A stretch of DNA of 63,894 nt, the filler included, from an uncultured Methanosarcinales archaeon (GTDB lineage: Archaea; Nanobdellota; Nanobdellia; Woesearchaeales; JAGLXL01), in assembly GCA_964472345.1 (NCBI GenBank). It is 5 parts of 5 records of this genome, joined end to end, with 100 filler letters (N's around TTAATTAATTAA, not from the genome) between each part and the next. Parts side by side here need not be neighbours in the genome. Positions count along the whole stretch, not along the records: positions 46,752 to 61,207 come from CAYYLB010000030.1; positions 61,308 to 63,894 come from CAYYLB010000105.1; 3 more parts are not named here. One strand, given 5' to 3'. The position numbers and the translations under genes were made by a program. How positions within the stretch are numbered: position 1 is the stretch's first letter; each line of letters starts with the position of its first letter. Positions 54,756 to 63,894 of the stretch are shown here, one piece after another. The notes under the pieces are model-generated. The model saw only the letters and a list, made by a program, of their open reading frames with translations. It searched no databases and was not told where the DNA came from.

Positions 54756-56321
54756 CTATTCGCCGGGTGATCGCAGCCGCCGGCCGATGAAAATGAGCGC
54801 CAGGATCACGGCAAGCAGGCTCGCGACGGCAACAAGTGCTCTGCTTCGCGGCTGCTGCACGGCCGGAACCTCAACGAACTGCACATCATCAGCTGCAGGA
54901 GAAACATTCATGGAAACATTTACTCTTTCTGCTCCGGGTTCCCCAGCCACCGAAACCGCAGGCGGCACGGCCGCAGGCATGTGGTACACAAAACGGTCGG
55001 AGAGCACCTGTCCTGCCGGGCTGACCGATCGGATTGTAGCTAGTATGGATGATGGCGCTTCGCGCAGCGGGACGGGAATGTCAAAAAGCCGGTGCGCCGC
55101 GCCGGGAGCAAGCTCGGCAAACGACTCTTCGATAGTTCCCAGCGGCAGCCCGCTCTCCACAGCCACATCGATGCGGTGATAGGTGCGCTTCACGCTTGGA
55201 TTCACCACATCGAGCCTCAGCCGCCGCTGTCCTGCGCTTTCATAGAGATAATACCTTGCCACGGGGCGCGCTCCCTCCACCCGGAGCAGCGCGCTGCGCT
55301 CGAGCTGCGTCGCCTCGCCGGCGATGACGACACGGGCCTGGGCGAGCAGTGTGTGGTTCCCAAACTGCTGCGCCTCGAGCTCAATCATGAGCAGCTCTGC
55401 TGCCAGAGGATCGACCTGGATCGTTTTACGGATTGCTCCGCCCGCCTGCGTGAAGCCGGGGGAGAGGCGCACCACACGCAGGCCCTCGGGAACCGCCACG
55501 GCCAGCGGCGCGATATGCACCTGCTGTTTCCCTGTGTTGTTGAGCAGGAGCGTGGCGTTGGCTCTGCTGCCGACATCAATGATCGCCGGCAGGCGAAGTT
55601 CCATCACCAGCGGAAAAGCAATGAAACGAAAGGCGGTCTTTGCGGAAATCTCCCGCACCAGCTCAACGCTGTTGTTATAGCTCACTTCAGTCTTGAGGCT
55701 GTGCTTCAGCGCCACGCGCCCCTCGATGCGGTAGCGGCAGACCGCAGATTGCCGAGGCAGAAGCTCGCCCTTCCACACGACGCTGCTTCCGTCGCGCCAG
55801 CAGCTTGGTGTTTCGATCAGGATTCCAAGGCCGGCAGGCAGCACGTCCCGGGAGGAAACCGCCGTCGCTTTCCAGTCGCCGACGTTGGTGAGCGTGGTGT
55901 TGACCGCTGTCTGCTCCCCCACCCGCAGCTCGGTGCGATCGACGCGCTGCACCGCCACGACCCGAGCAACGAGCTGTTCGGCCCGCACCGAAAGATCATA
56001 CCGCCGCTGCACATCATGATGCTCCGTTCCGTAGGTGCTGCCGTCGTAGCAGATGGCAAAACGCTCAAGCTCCCCCCGGAGCTGCTCGCACTCTCCTGCA
56101 TCGAGGAAAAACTGCTGCCCGCTCACCGCAACAACAATGGTAGGAGGCCCTTGAATGGCGGTCGCGCCGATGGCGCGGATGGTGAGATTCATTCCGGCCA
56201 CAGCGACCGAATCGCCGGAACGCACCGTCCCGCTGAACAGCGTTGCCGTTTCCAGCCCTTCAGCAAACGGAACGAGGCTGGCAGAGATGAGCGCAAGGAA
56301 CAGGAGCCGGTGTGCACGCAT
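54756..56321 (-). CDS. secreted, C-terminally anchored Ig-like (DUF11/CARDB-like) surface protein
   Basis: Signal peptide; TLTNVG..AT.V..RD.LP.GL and LLLNNTG repeats; C-terminal TM with basic tail. Confidence 0.75.
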   Translation of the reverse strand: MRAHRLLFLALISASLVPFAEGLETATLFSGTVRSGDSVAVAGMNLTIRAIGATAIQGPPTIVVAVSGQQFFLDAGECEQLRGELERFAICYDGSTYGTEHHDVQRRYDLSVRAEQLVARVVAVQRVDRTELRVGEQTAVNTTLTNVGDWKATAVSSRDVLPAGLGILIETPSCWRDGSSVVWKGELLPRQSAVCRYRIEGRVALKHSLKTEVSYNNSVELVREISAKTAFRFIAFPLVMELRLPAIIDVGSRANATLLLNNTGKQQVHIAPLAVAVPEGLRVVRLSPGFTQAGGAIRKTIQVDPLAAELLMIELEAQQFGNHTLLAQARVVIAGEATQLERSALLRVEGARPVARYYLYESAGQRRLRLDVVNPSVKRTYHRIDVAVESGLPLGTIEESFAELAPGAAHRLFDIPVPLREAPSSILATIRSVSPAGQVLSDRFVYHMPAAVPPAVSVAGEPGAERVNVSMNVSPAADDVQFVEVPAVQQPRSRALVAVASLLAVILALIFIGRRLRSPGE

Positions 56322-56374
56322 AGCCCTACCTCCGGGAAGACTCAAAAAGAAAGAAAAAGAAACAAACCAAGTGC

Positions 56375-56848
56375 CTAGCTCGCACAGCGCCCTTCTAAGC
56401 GGTTTCCGTCGCCGGTGAACGTGTACGCAGCCCCCGTTGCAGTGTCAGTGTAGGAAATGCTCACCGCATAGCTGAACGCGTCTCCTTCGCTCGCGCAGCT
56501 GGCTGCCCCATCATCATCCGTGCAACTCGTTGCCTGCCCGGGCGCAAGGCTCGTTTCGTCACAGGTCTGCGCCCCGCCGCCGATGGTCACGCTCGTAAGG
56601 GTGACGCGGTTGCGCAGGTTGTTCCGCAGCGCGACATCGAGGTCATCCGAGCCGGCGAATGCTGCGTACTGCGAAATCGCGATATCCGCGGTCTGCCAAT
56701 ACGATGCCGAGGCCCTGCTCCGCGCCCCTGTTCCGACGCCGGGGATGCCGCCGAGCACTCCAATCACAATCAATGCGATGATGATGACGACGGCCAGGAT
56801 AATCAGGTACTCCGTCGCCGCCTGTGCCCTGGTCGCAAACCTGCTCAT
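56375..56848 (-). CDS. type IV pilin with class III signal peptide
   Basis: RA/QAATEYLIILAVVIII (Q+1, E+5); Cys pairs in the globular domain. Confidence 0.9.
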   Translation of the reverse strand: MSRFATRAQAATEYLIILAVVIIIALIVIGVLGGIPGVGTGARSRASASYWQTADIAISQYAAFAGSDDLDVALRNNLRNRVTLTSVTIGGGAQTCDETSLAPGQATSCTDDDGAASCASEGDAFSYAVSISYTDTATGAAYTFTGDGNRLEGRCAS

Positions 56849-56853
56849 GCCGA

Positions 56854-57255
56854 TTACCTCCGCCGCTTCTTTCCTGACAGGACGCTCATACCTTCGACCT
56901 GCGCCAATGACAGCACGCCCTTCAGCGCAACAACAATCGTCGCGGGCACGACAAACGCAAGCAGCTGCACGAAGATGCTGCTGAACACTGCGCCGATCAC
57001 GCCGACGCTCGCAAGCGTATCGCGCGCCGAGCCCATCCCTGCTGCAATAACCAGGACCGTGGCGAGCAGCGCAAACTCGGTGCTCTCTGCTTTTGACACG
57101 TTCAGGAGGCCGACAATCAGGCCGAGCACCACAAGAACTGAGGTGAGCCAGTCAATCGCCGTTTCCCCTAAAAATCCCCAGACTGCCGCAGCGCCAAGAA
57201 TCAGCGCAAGAACAACGCCTACCACAAACGAGTAATGACCTATGTGTCGTTCCAT
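56854..57255 (-). CDS. four-TM membrane protein
   Basis: GLIVGLLNV...FVVPATIVVALK; SD GAGG upstream. Confidence 0.8.
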   Translation of the reverse strand: MERHIGHYSFVVGVVLALILGAAAVWGFLGETAIDWLTSVLVVLGLIVGLLNVSKAESTEFALLATVLVIAAGMGSARDTLASVGVIGAVFSSIFVQLLAFVVPATIVVALKGVLSLAQVEGMSVLSGKKRRR

Positions 57256-57355
57256 GCTATCAACCTCTTTTTTTTGATAACCTGCAAGGGAGCTGATTCT
57301 TGGTGCCTATTTAAATGTTTGCGTCGACGTGAGCTTAAGTTCCTGAGAGGCCCCG

Positions 57356-58336
57356 CTAGCCCCCCAACAGCCCCTGCAGCACCGCCCGCAGCGCCACAAA
57401 TGCGATCAGGCTGCCTGCAATCACGGCAGGTGCGTACCGGAAACCCACCGCAGGCTTGCCTTCCGCGATCACGCCGAGCAGCGCGCATGCCAGCAGCGAC
57501 GTCACGAGCAGCATCACGACCGCGGCGCGCAGCATGAAGTCCGCAGTGATGGCGATCTCGCCGGCGAGGAACCCGAGGCCGAAGTCGCTCCGCAGCCCCG
57601 CGAGCGCCTGCAGGCCGGTGATGACCTCAATGAAATGGAGAGAGATCGCAAGCAGCAGCGGCATGCCGATGATGATAGTGAACAGCACGAAGATGGTATA
57701 GGTTTTTGTGCTTGTGACAAGCTCCTTCTTCAGCGCCCGCATCGCAACCATATCGCGGGCAAGCTCCTCAAGCAGTGTCGCGAGGTGCCCGCCCGAGCGC
57801 ATCGCGGTGGTAAAGAGCTTCATCGCGCGCGAGAGCATCTCCGACCTGACGCGCCGGGACATGCTCAGCAGCGCGTCGGAGAACGATTCGGTCCCCAGCG
57901 CGCGCGCGGTCGCGAAACGGATCTCCTCCTCCAGCGGCCCGAACTCCTTGCGCGCCGCGAGCCGGAGCGCCTGGAACGGCGTCATGCCTGCGCGGATGTT
58001 CGATCCGATGAGCTGCAGCGCGTCAGGCAGCACCTGCTCCACCCGCCGCGTGCGATCCTGCACTTTCAGGTACAGCACGAAATAGGCGGCAAGCTCAATG
58101 AGCAGCGCAGCGGCAACTGCACCGAGGAGGGTCGCAATGCCAAACGCCGTCCCGCGCGCAAACGGAACGAGCATCGCCCCGGCGGCGGCGAGCAGCGCGA
58201 GCACCGTCGCCGCACCGAGATACTGCACCGCGTCGATCCGCTCCCCGGCATAGACAATCTGCCGCGCAGTATGCCGGTGATACGCACGCGGCAGAAGCAA
58301 CGCGGCGCCCTGATAGAGCCGCTCGCGGAAGCTCAT
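57356..58336 (-). CDS. type IV pilus/T2SS F-family platform protein
   Basis: LPDALQLIGSNIRAGMT, SGG.LA.LLE. Confidence 0.9.
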   Translation of the reverse strand: MSFRERLYQGAALLLPRAYHRHTARQIVYAGERIDAVQYLGAATVLALLAAAGAMLVPFARGTAFGIATLLGAVAAALLIELAAYFVLYLKVQDRTRRVEQVLPDALQLIGSNIRAGMTPFQALRLAARKEFGPLEEEIRFATARALGTESFSDALLSMSRRVRSEMLSRAMKLFTTAMRSGGHLATLLEELARDMVAMRALKKELVTSTKTYTIFVLFTIIIGMPLLLAISLHFIEVITGLQALAGLRSDFGLGFLAGEIAITADFMLRAAVVMLLVTSLLACALLGVIAEGKPAVGFRYAPAVIAGSLIAFVALRAVLQGLLGG

Positions 58337-59226
58337 GAGACCACCACCAGCGGCCGGCGCGTTTTCACGAACCCTATGAGGATGAGCTGCACGGCGAACG
58401 ACAGCGCGAGGAACAGGATGAAAACGCCCTTCGTCACCCCGACTCCGGCAAAGCTTGACAGGATCACGAGCAGGGTTGCGCCGATCGTTGGCACAGCGAC
58501 AGCAAAAAGCAGGTACAGCAGGCTCCACAGGTTCAGCTCCCGTGCATAGGCCTGGATCCGGTCGCGCTGGTCAAGCGTCAGGTCATCGATCAGCGAGCGC
58601 AGTGCGCCCTGCAGCGAAGCCCCTGCCTTGAGCGTCGCAATCAGCTGCCAGGTTGTCCGGCGCAGGAACTCGGAGGTTGATGCAAGTGCCATGCGCTCCA
58701 GCGCCTTGTCGATGGGGGTTCCGGTGCTCACCGCACGGGCGACCTTCTCAAACTCCCGTGACGCCGCCCCGTATCCTGCGTTCGCGACATTCACCAGTGC
58801 AGCATACAGCGTCACCCCGGCGCCAATCTGCAGCAGCAGGTCTTTCAGCGCGAAAATCAGGTGCTTGTCGATCAGCTCGGCTTTCTTCCCTGCCAGGACG
58901 CGGGGATAGCGGAGCAGCGCCGCGAGCACAAGAAAAAAAATGAGCAGCGCGTACCACGAGCCCTGCAGCGCCGCAGCGGGCTGCTTGCCCTGCACGATGC
59001 CGAGCACGATGAACAGCGCTCCGGAGAGGAGGAAGAACACCATACTGTTCAGCAATGCGATGGCGGCATGCTCTTCAGCTGAAACAGTGAGGTCGCTTTC
59101 CTGCAGATCATAGCGCAGCCCGGGAAGCAGCCGCGCGAGAAGCGCTCCGGCGCCGCGCAGCGGCCTGCTCAGCACCGATGCAAGATGCGGGGGAACGACC
59201 AGCAGGGGGATCCGTTGCATGCTCAT
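58333..59226 (-). CDS. type IV pilus/T2SS F-family platform protein (TadB/C-like)
   Basis: LIFALKDL...GV.LY.AL..VA..GYG..S.EF. Confidence 0.88.
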   Translation of the reverse strand: MSMQRIPLLVVPPHLASVLSRPLRGAGALLARLLPGLRYDLQESDLTVSAEEHAAIALLNSMVFFLLSGALFIVLGIVQGKQPAAALQGSWYALLIFFLVLAALLRYPRVLAGKKAELIDKHLIFALKDLLLQIGAGVTLYAALVNVANAGYGAASREFEKVARAVSTGTPIDKALERMALASTSEFLRRTTWQLIATLKAGASLQGALRSLIDDLTLDQRDRIQAYARELNLWSLLYLLFAVAVPTIGATLLVILSSFAGVGVTKGVFILFLALSFAVQLILIGFVKTRRPLVVVS

Positions 59227-60749
59227 AACACCAGCTCAGGAGCGCGGTTGTGCTTCACCGCAGAAAGCAATTCCTCAGGATCCCGGTAATACAGGCGCAT
59301 CACCGCGCCCATGTCATTGATCTCCCTGAGTTTGTGCCGAAGCATCCAATCGAGGACGGCAATGCGCTCCCGCAGGTCAGCGGCGATCTCCTTGGGAGTC
59401 ATGCCCGTGCGCAGGTTGATCTCCTCAGCCACGCGGATGCTCGCAGCGGCCTGCTCGAACGTGTCGGTGCGGGGCCGCCAGCGATAGAGATAGTTGATCT
59501 CGAGCGCACCCTTGCCGCCGGTCAGGATTTCCGCAAGCTCCGACGTTCTGCGGATCCCCTTTCTCCGGTCGCGGAATTGCACGAGGACGAGCTGCAGGGC
59601 CTCAACCTCTGTTTGGGGGATGGCAATCGGCGGCTCGACCAGTCGCCGCTTGACCTGCTCGACCGTATCCGCGTGCAGCGTCGTCGCGACCGAATGGCCG
59701 GTGTGCATCGCTTCAAACATCGTTTCCGCCTGCGCTTTGCGGCGCACCTCTCCGACGATGATCCGGTCGGGGCGCATGCGCAGTGCGCTCACCATAAGAT
59801 CCAGCATGGTGACTTCGCCTTGCCCTTCGGGATTCGGATTCCGAGTGGTGAGGGGGATCCAGTTCCAGTGGAGCGCCTCGGGCAGCGCGATCTCCCGCGT
59901 ATCTTCGATGCTGATGATGCGCTGCGTCGGCGGGACCAGCGCGGCGAGCGCGCTCAAGAGCGATGTCTTTCCCGAGGCGGTGCCGCCCGCAACGAGGACG
60001 TTCAGCTCATAGTGGATCGCCTGCCAGAGCATCGCGGCCATCTCGATGGACATGGTAAACCCCTCGACCAGATGGATGACTGTCCATGGGTTGCGCGCGA
60101 AGCGGCGGATCGTGATGGTGTTGCCGGCGGTCGAAATGGGGAATAGTGTCGCAGCGACCCGGTCTCCCGTCAGGAGGTGCGCGTCCATGATCGGATGCAG
60201 GCTCGTGATCTCACGCCCGACTTTCCGCCCTATCTGGCTGGCGAGGTTGAAGATCTCTTCCTCGCCCGCGAGCTTCTGCCGGACCTTGCACCAGCCGTGC
60301 TTCTTGTGGTAGACGGCAAGCGGCTGGTCGGCGCCATTGATTGCAAGCTCCTCGAGCCAGTTGTCCGCAAGCAGCAGCTCAAGAAATCCAAGCCCATACA
60401 TCCGGTGAAGCAGCATTCCCGCGACAACATCAATCTTGGAGGAGTCCTGCGGCGCCATGTGCTTCCGCACCACTGCCCGGATATCATCCAGGAAGCGCTG
60501 TTTCATCGCCTCAAACTTTTTCGGATCCGTGACGCCTTCAATGTCGATCGGGACTTTCGCCGCGATCTCGTCTCTCAGGCTTTCGAGGAGCGCCTCCGTC
60601 GCGGGCCCAAGCTCGGGGAGTCCGACATCATAGAGCGGCACGCTCTCCTCCGGCAGGTGCACGATGCGCACGTTCGCGGGCACCGCATCTGCGAGAACGA
60701 GGTACTCGTCAATGACCGCCGTGTCTCCGGGGGGTTTGCCTTTTGCCAT
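59223..60749 (-). CDS. VirB11/CpaF-type pilus assembly ATPase
   Basis: GGTASGKT, SIEDTRE, LRMRPDRIIVGEVR, MHTGH..TTLHA. Confidence 0.95.
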   Translation of the reverse strand: MAKGKPPGDTAVIDEYLVLADAVPANVRIVHLPEESVPLYDVGLPELGPATEALLESLRDEIAAKVPIDIEGVTDPKKFEAMKQRFLDDIRAVVRKHMAPQDSSKIDVVAGMLLHRMYGLGFLELLLADNWLEELAINGADQPLAVYHKKHGWCKVRQKLAGEEEIFNLASQIGRKVGREITSLHPIMDAHLLTGDRVAATLFPISTAGNTITIRRFARNPWTVIHLVEGFTMSIEMAAMLWQAIHYELNVLVAGGTASGKTSLLSALAALVPPTQRIISIEDTREIALPEALHWNWIPLTTRNPNPEGQGEVTMLDLMVSALRMRPDRIIVGEVRRKAQAETMFEAMHTGHSVATTLHADTVEQVKRRLVEPPIAIPQTEVEALQLVLVQFRDRRKGIRRTSELAEILTGGKGALEINYLYRWRPRTDTFEQAAASIRVAEEINLRTGMTPKEIAADLRERIAVLDWMLRHKLREINDMGAVMRLYYRDPEELLSAVKHNRAPELVL

Positions 60750-60751
60750 GG

Positions 60752-61207
60752 TCAAAGGAAGCGGAGGAGCATAATCACTGCAAGGAGCCCGAGGAGGCCT
60801 GCGCCGGCAATCAGCAGCAGGAGGCGCGGGGACAGCAGGGACGCGGGGCGGGTTGCGCGCACACGCAAGACGGGCGTTTTCAGCGCAGAGGAGAGCTCAA
60901 GCATCCCCCGCTGATCAAGCACCCGGGCCCACTGCTCCGTCTGCGCAAGAGGGACGTGAAAGGTGTCCGCCACCTCGCGAAGGCTCATCTGTCCCTTCTT
61001 CTTGACTGCTTCGTAGATCTGGTCAAGCAGCGTTGTGAGCTGCCGCGAGCCGGGCGAAACGGGGTGGCCGGGCTCGGCATCGGCACGAAGTGCCCTGTGC
61101 TGCTCGCGCTGCTGCGGCTCCTGGGTGTGTGAGCGCCTGTGGGCCTGTGCATCGCGGACCTGTGAACCACGCTTCCGAACCATTTCTGCACGTTCAAGGA
61201 GCCCCAT
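60752..61207 (-). CDS. hypothetical protein with HTH-like region and C-terminal TM (start at the contig edge)
   Basis: LDQIYEAVKKKG..SLREVA..F.V..EQWARVL; C-terminal TM. Confidence 0.7.
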   Translation of the reverse strand: MGLLERAEMVRKRGSQVRDAQAHRRSHTQEPQQREQHRALRADAEPGHPVSPGSRQLTTLLDQIYEAVKKKGQMSLREVADTFHVPLAQTEQWARVLDQRGMLELSSALKTPVLRVRATRPASLLSPRLLLLIAGAGLLGLLAVIMLLRFL

Positions 61208-61307
61208 NNNNNNNNNNNNNNNNNNNNNNNNNNNNNNNNNNNNNNNNNNNNTTAATTAATTAANNNNNNNNNNNNNNNNNNNNNNNNNNNNNNNNNNNNN
61301 NNNNNNN
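61208..61307. other. artificial contig linker
   Basis: N-run TTAATTAATTAA N-run. Confidence 0.99.
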
Positions 61308-62507
61308 CGAGTTACCTTCCTCGAAACTGTTGACTATGCGGTTCAGGCACGGCACCGGTGGGGATGGGCGAGCAGCGTGCCCCTGGAGCAGTTCCTTGAG
61401 TATGTGCTTCCTGCGCGGACAAGCGATGAGCCGCTGCAGCCCTGGCGGCGCCACGTGTTTGAGGCGCTCGCTCCGGCACTTGACCGGCTCGCTGCGCAAG
61501 GCGCTGGCACCGAAGAGGTGATATCATTCATCAACGAGGTCGGCGCTGCGCTCTTCCGGCCGAAGATCCTCGGGTGGACGGCATTTTCACCAGCGCTCCG
61601 CTACGCAGCTCACGTCGGGAAGTGCCAGGATGAGAACGGGCTGGTTTCTGACATGCTTCGGGCCGCCGGCATCGCTGTCGCGCGGGCCTACGCTCCGGCG
61701 TGGTCCGGCAGCGGCAATCATGTCTGGTTTGTTTATTTCCGCGAGGATGGCACGCTCGGCTCGCGGATGGGCTGTGAGCCCTCGCCGAAGGATCCCCGCA
61801 GGTATATGGATGGGGAGGTTATCCACACGAAGGTGCATGCTCTCCCTCCCGGAACGCCGAGCGGAGGAGTTGATCTGGATCTCACCCGCCATTTCACCGG
61901 GGTAACGGAGCTCTCCTTTTCCGTGCCGGCGTTTTCACAACCACCCAAAACGTACCACCTGAATGCCTTGAGTGGCGGGAACTTTGTCACCGTCGCCAGC
62001 GCCCCTGCGGATGGTGACGCATTCGTGTTTCCTGATGTCGGCTGTGGCGCACCCATTGTTTATTCCGTATCTTCGGGGAAATCCCGCCGTATGGCCTGGT
62101 CGGAGCTGCCTGTTGAAGGCGAGGTTGTCCCGCCATTCCTGCTTTTGCCGCGCGACGGCTTGGCACCGGAACGCAGGGAACTCAACACCGGGCCGCTGTA
62201 CGGTGGCGCTTTCCGTGCCATGGTGACATGCGATCTTCTCGGCGCTCCCGTCAGGCAGGGGAGGTACCTCCTTCAGACATGGCTCAATGGGGGGTGGTAT
62301 CCTGTCACTGAGTGGATCCTGCCTTCTGCCGTTGCCGGCGGCGCCGCTCCGCGCGAACTCGAGGCAGACATCTATCCCGACCGGCTTTACCAGCTCGTTG
62401 AAGTGCGGCAGGCGCGGGGAGGTCAGCATGAGTTCACGCCCTGCGGGTTTCCATTCGCAACGCTCGGCAGCGGGCTGCAGAAGCTCCGCGGCGAGGTCGC
62501 CCGATAA
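61308..62507 (+). CDS. transglutaminase-like domain protein (5' truncated)
   Basis: Frame open from the contig start; FLEYVLP.R..EPL..WR, GKC.D..., LRAAGIA, GNHVW. Confidence 0.75.
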   Translation, partial: RVTFLETVDYAVQARHRWGWASSVPLEQFLEYVLPARTSDEPLQPWRRHVFEALAPALDRLAAQGAGTEEVISFINEVGAALFRPKILGWTAFSPALRYAAHVGKCQDENGLVSDMLRAAGIAVARAYAPAWSGSGNHVWFVYFREDGTLGSRMGCEPSPKDPRRYMDGEVIHTKVHALPPGTPSGGVDLDLTRHFTGVTELSFSVPAFSQPPKTYHLNALSGGNFVTVASAPADGDAFVFPDVGCGAPIVYSVSSGKSRRMAWSELPVEGEVVPPFLLLPRDGLAPERRELNTGPLYGGAFRAMVTCDLLGAPVRQGRYLLQTWLNGGWYPVTEWILPSAVAGGAAPRELEADIYPDRLYQLVEVRQARGGQHEFTPCGFPFATLGSGLQKLRGEVAR

Positions 62508-62549
62508 GCTTTATAAAGCCCCGCGCGTTCTAATGGTCGTTTCAAACAG

Positions 62550-63894
62550 ATGGTTGCGCAGCGGCGATTGGTTGAGGTTCTGCAGCTCTTGCTCCTTTTC
62601 TTTGCTGCTGCGCTCGTGCTTGGCATCGCGGCGCTGCTCGTTCCGGGGCTGCATCCGCTGACGGGGCTGGTGGCTGATGGGGAAATCGGAACTGCGGCGT
62701 TATCCCCCACTCAAAGCATCGTTGATGCTGCAGCAGATACGATAGGTGCTACCTCCATCGCGCGCGTCGGCACCGCGACGTTGCTCATCAGCTACTACAA
62801 CGATTCCGGCGATGTCAAGCTCGCAAAGTCAACAGACAGCGGAAAGAGCTGGACGCTCCTGAAGATAGACTCTGTCGAAACCGCCGGAACCGCCAGCACC
62901 CGGACATCGCTGGCTGCGCTCAACGCCAACCAGCTGTATGTTGCATACTATAATGGCACGTCCGCCAATCTCATCTTTGCGAACTCGTCCAACGGTGGCA
63001 CGAGCTGGACAACGAGTACAGTTGATGTTACGGGTGATGTGGGGACGTTTGCCTCGCTCGCGGTCGTCAACGAGAACGTCAGTTTCATCAGCTACGATGA
63101 CGCAACAACCTTCCTGAACGACGACCTCAAGTTTGCCAACAGCTCAAATGGAGGAGCGAGCTGGACGACCCAGACGATTGAGTCAACGGGCATCATCGGG
63201 CAGCACACCGCAATCGCTGCACCCAATGCAAATACCATCTTTATCACATATCTTAATGCTTCGGGTGATGACCTTAAGTTTGCGAACAGCTCCAATGGCG
63301 GGACGAGCTGGAGCATCCAGACGATTGATGGTACCGGTGATAACGTCGGCAAGTTCACCGCGATTGCCGCGCTGGATACAAGCACGCTCTTCATCGCGTA
63401 CGAGAATTACACCAATAAAGAGCTCAAGTTTGCGAACAGCTCCAATGGCGGCACGAACTGGAGCATAGTCACCGTTGATGCGAATGGCGCCGGCGATTAT
63501 AACTCCATCTCGGCAGTCGATGCCAACACCATCTTCATCAGTTCCTATGCGGCTCCATTTCAGTATACACGGCTCCGGTTTGCCAACTCGAGCAACGGAG
63601 GCACGAGCTGGAGCAACATCACCACGACAAGCGGGGGAAATGTTGTTGGAGATTACAATTCCATAACTGCCGTCGATGCCTACACTGCATATATTGCTCA
63701 CCTTGATTCAACGGCAAACGACCTCGTGCTCACCAAGGTCATCGAAACCACCCTCACCGGCTGCCGTGCGATCCAGGCTGGCGGGAACTACAGCCTCAGC
63801 CAGAATGTCACCAATGCAAGCACCTGCTTCTGGCTCAACGCGGATGACATCGACATTGACTGCGACGGCTATCAGATTACCTATGCACAACAGG
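62550..63894 (+). CDS. large secreted surface protein with Asp-box/BNR repeats followed by a probable beta-helix (runs off the window end)
   Basis: Not in the ORF track; my translation shows an N-terminal TM/signal, STDSGKSW plus five FANSSNGG-x-[SN]W repeats, then GCRAI..GNYSLSQNV..TCF.LNADDIDIDCDGYQI. Confidence 0.88.
   Translation, partial: MVAQRRLVEVLQLLLLFFAAALVLGIAALLVPGLHPLTGLVADGEIGTAALSPTQSIVDAAADTIGATSIARVGTATLLISYYNDSGDVKLAKSTDSGKSWTLLKIDSVETAGTASTRTSLAALNANQLYVAYYNGTSANLIFANSSNGGTSWTTSTVDVTGDVGTFASLAVVNENVSFISYDDATTFLNDDLKFANSSNGGASWTTQTIESTGIIGQHTAIAAPNANTIFITYLNASGDDLKFANSSNGGTSWSIQTIDGTGDNVGKFTAIAALDTSTLFIAYENYTNKELKFANSSNGGTNWSIVTVDANGAGDYNSISAVDANTIFISSYAAPFQYTRLRFANSSNGGTSWSNITTTSGGNVVGDYNSITAVDAYTAYIAHLDSTANDLVLTKVIETTLTGCRAIQAGGNYSLSQNVTNASTCFWLNADDIDIDCDGYQITYAQQ

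Overview
Archaeal genome-bin sequence, most likely DPANN/Woesearchaeota-like (inferred from gene content). It consists of five contigs joined by artificial 100-nt N-TTAATTAATTAA-N linkers at 16034-16133, 32004-32103, 46652-46751 and 61208-61307, so adjacency across linkers means nothing. Contig 1 holds a Pyrococcus-like cdc6-DP1-DP2 operon with a putative oriC (ORB boxes around an AT-rich core), TFE, tRNA-His, nac, secG, RNase P RNA, thiL, dnaG, a HerA-like ATPase, an M50 protease and Hef. Contig 2 holds rpl15e, a cupredoxin cluster, PNP, the rpoH-B''-B'-A'-A''-L30e-nusA-S12-S7 operon, tRNA-Lys and tRNA-Asp. Contig 3 holds an AAA+/VWA pair, a K+-independent H+-PPase with cassettes inserted at its 3' end, several MITE-like elements and a low-GC island. 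Contig 4 holds the end of an R-M gene, a Bro-N gene, malic enzyme, tRNA-Arg, gatE, tRNA-Gln, a toxin-antitoxin pair, tRNA-iMet and a type IV pilus locus. Contig 5 holds a transglutaminase-like gene and a large Asp-box surface protein. The most notable observations are non-coding: (1) a ~250-nt highly structured RNA with its own promoter directly upstream of dnaG that I cannot assign to a known family; (2) a box C/D-like guide RNA inside the anticodon intron of tRNA-Arg(CCU); (3) four tRNA genes that each carry two BHB introns, one of them at a non-canonical T-arm position.
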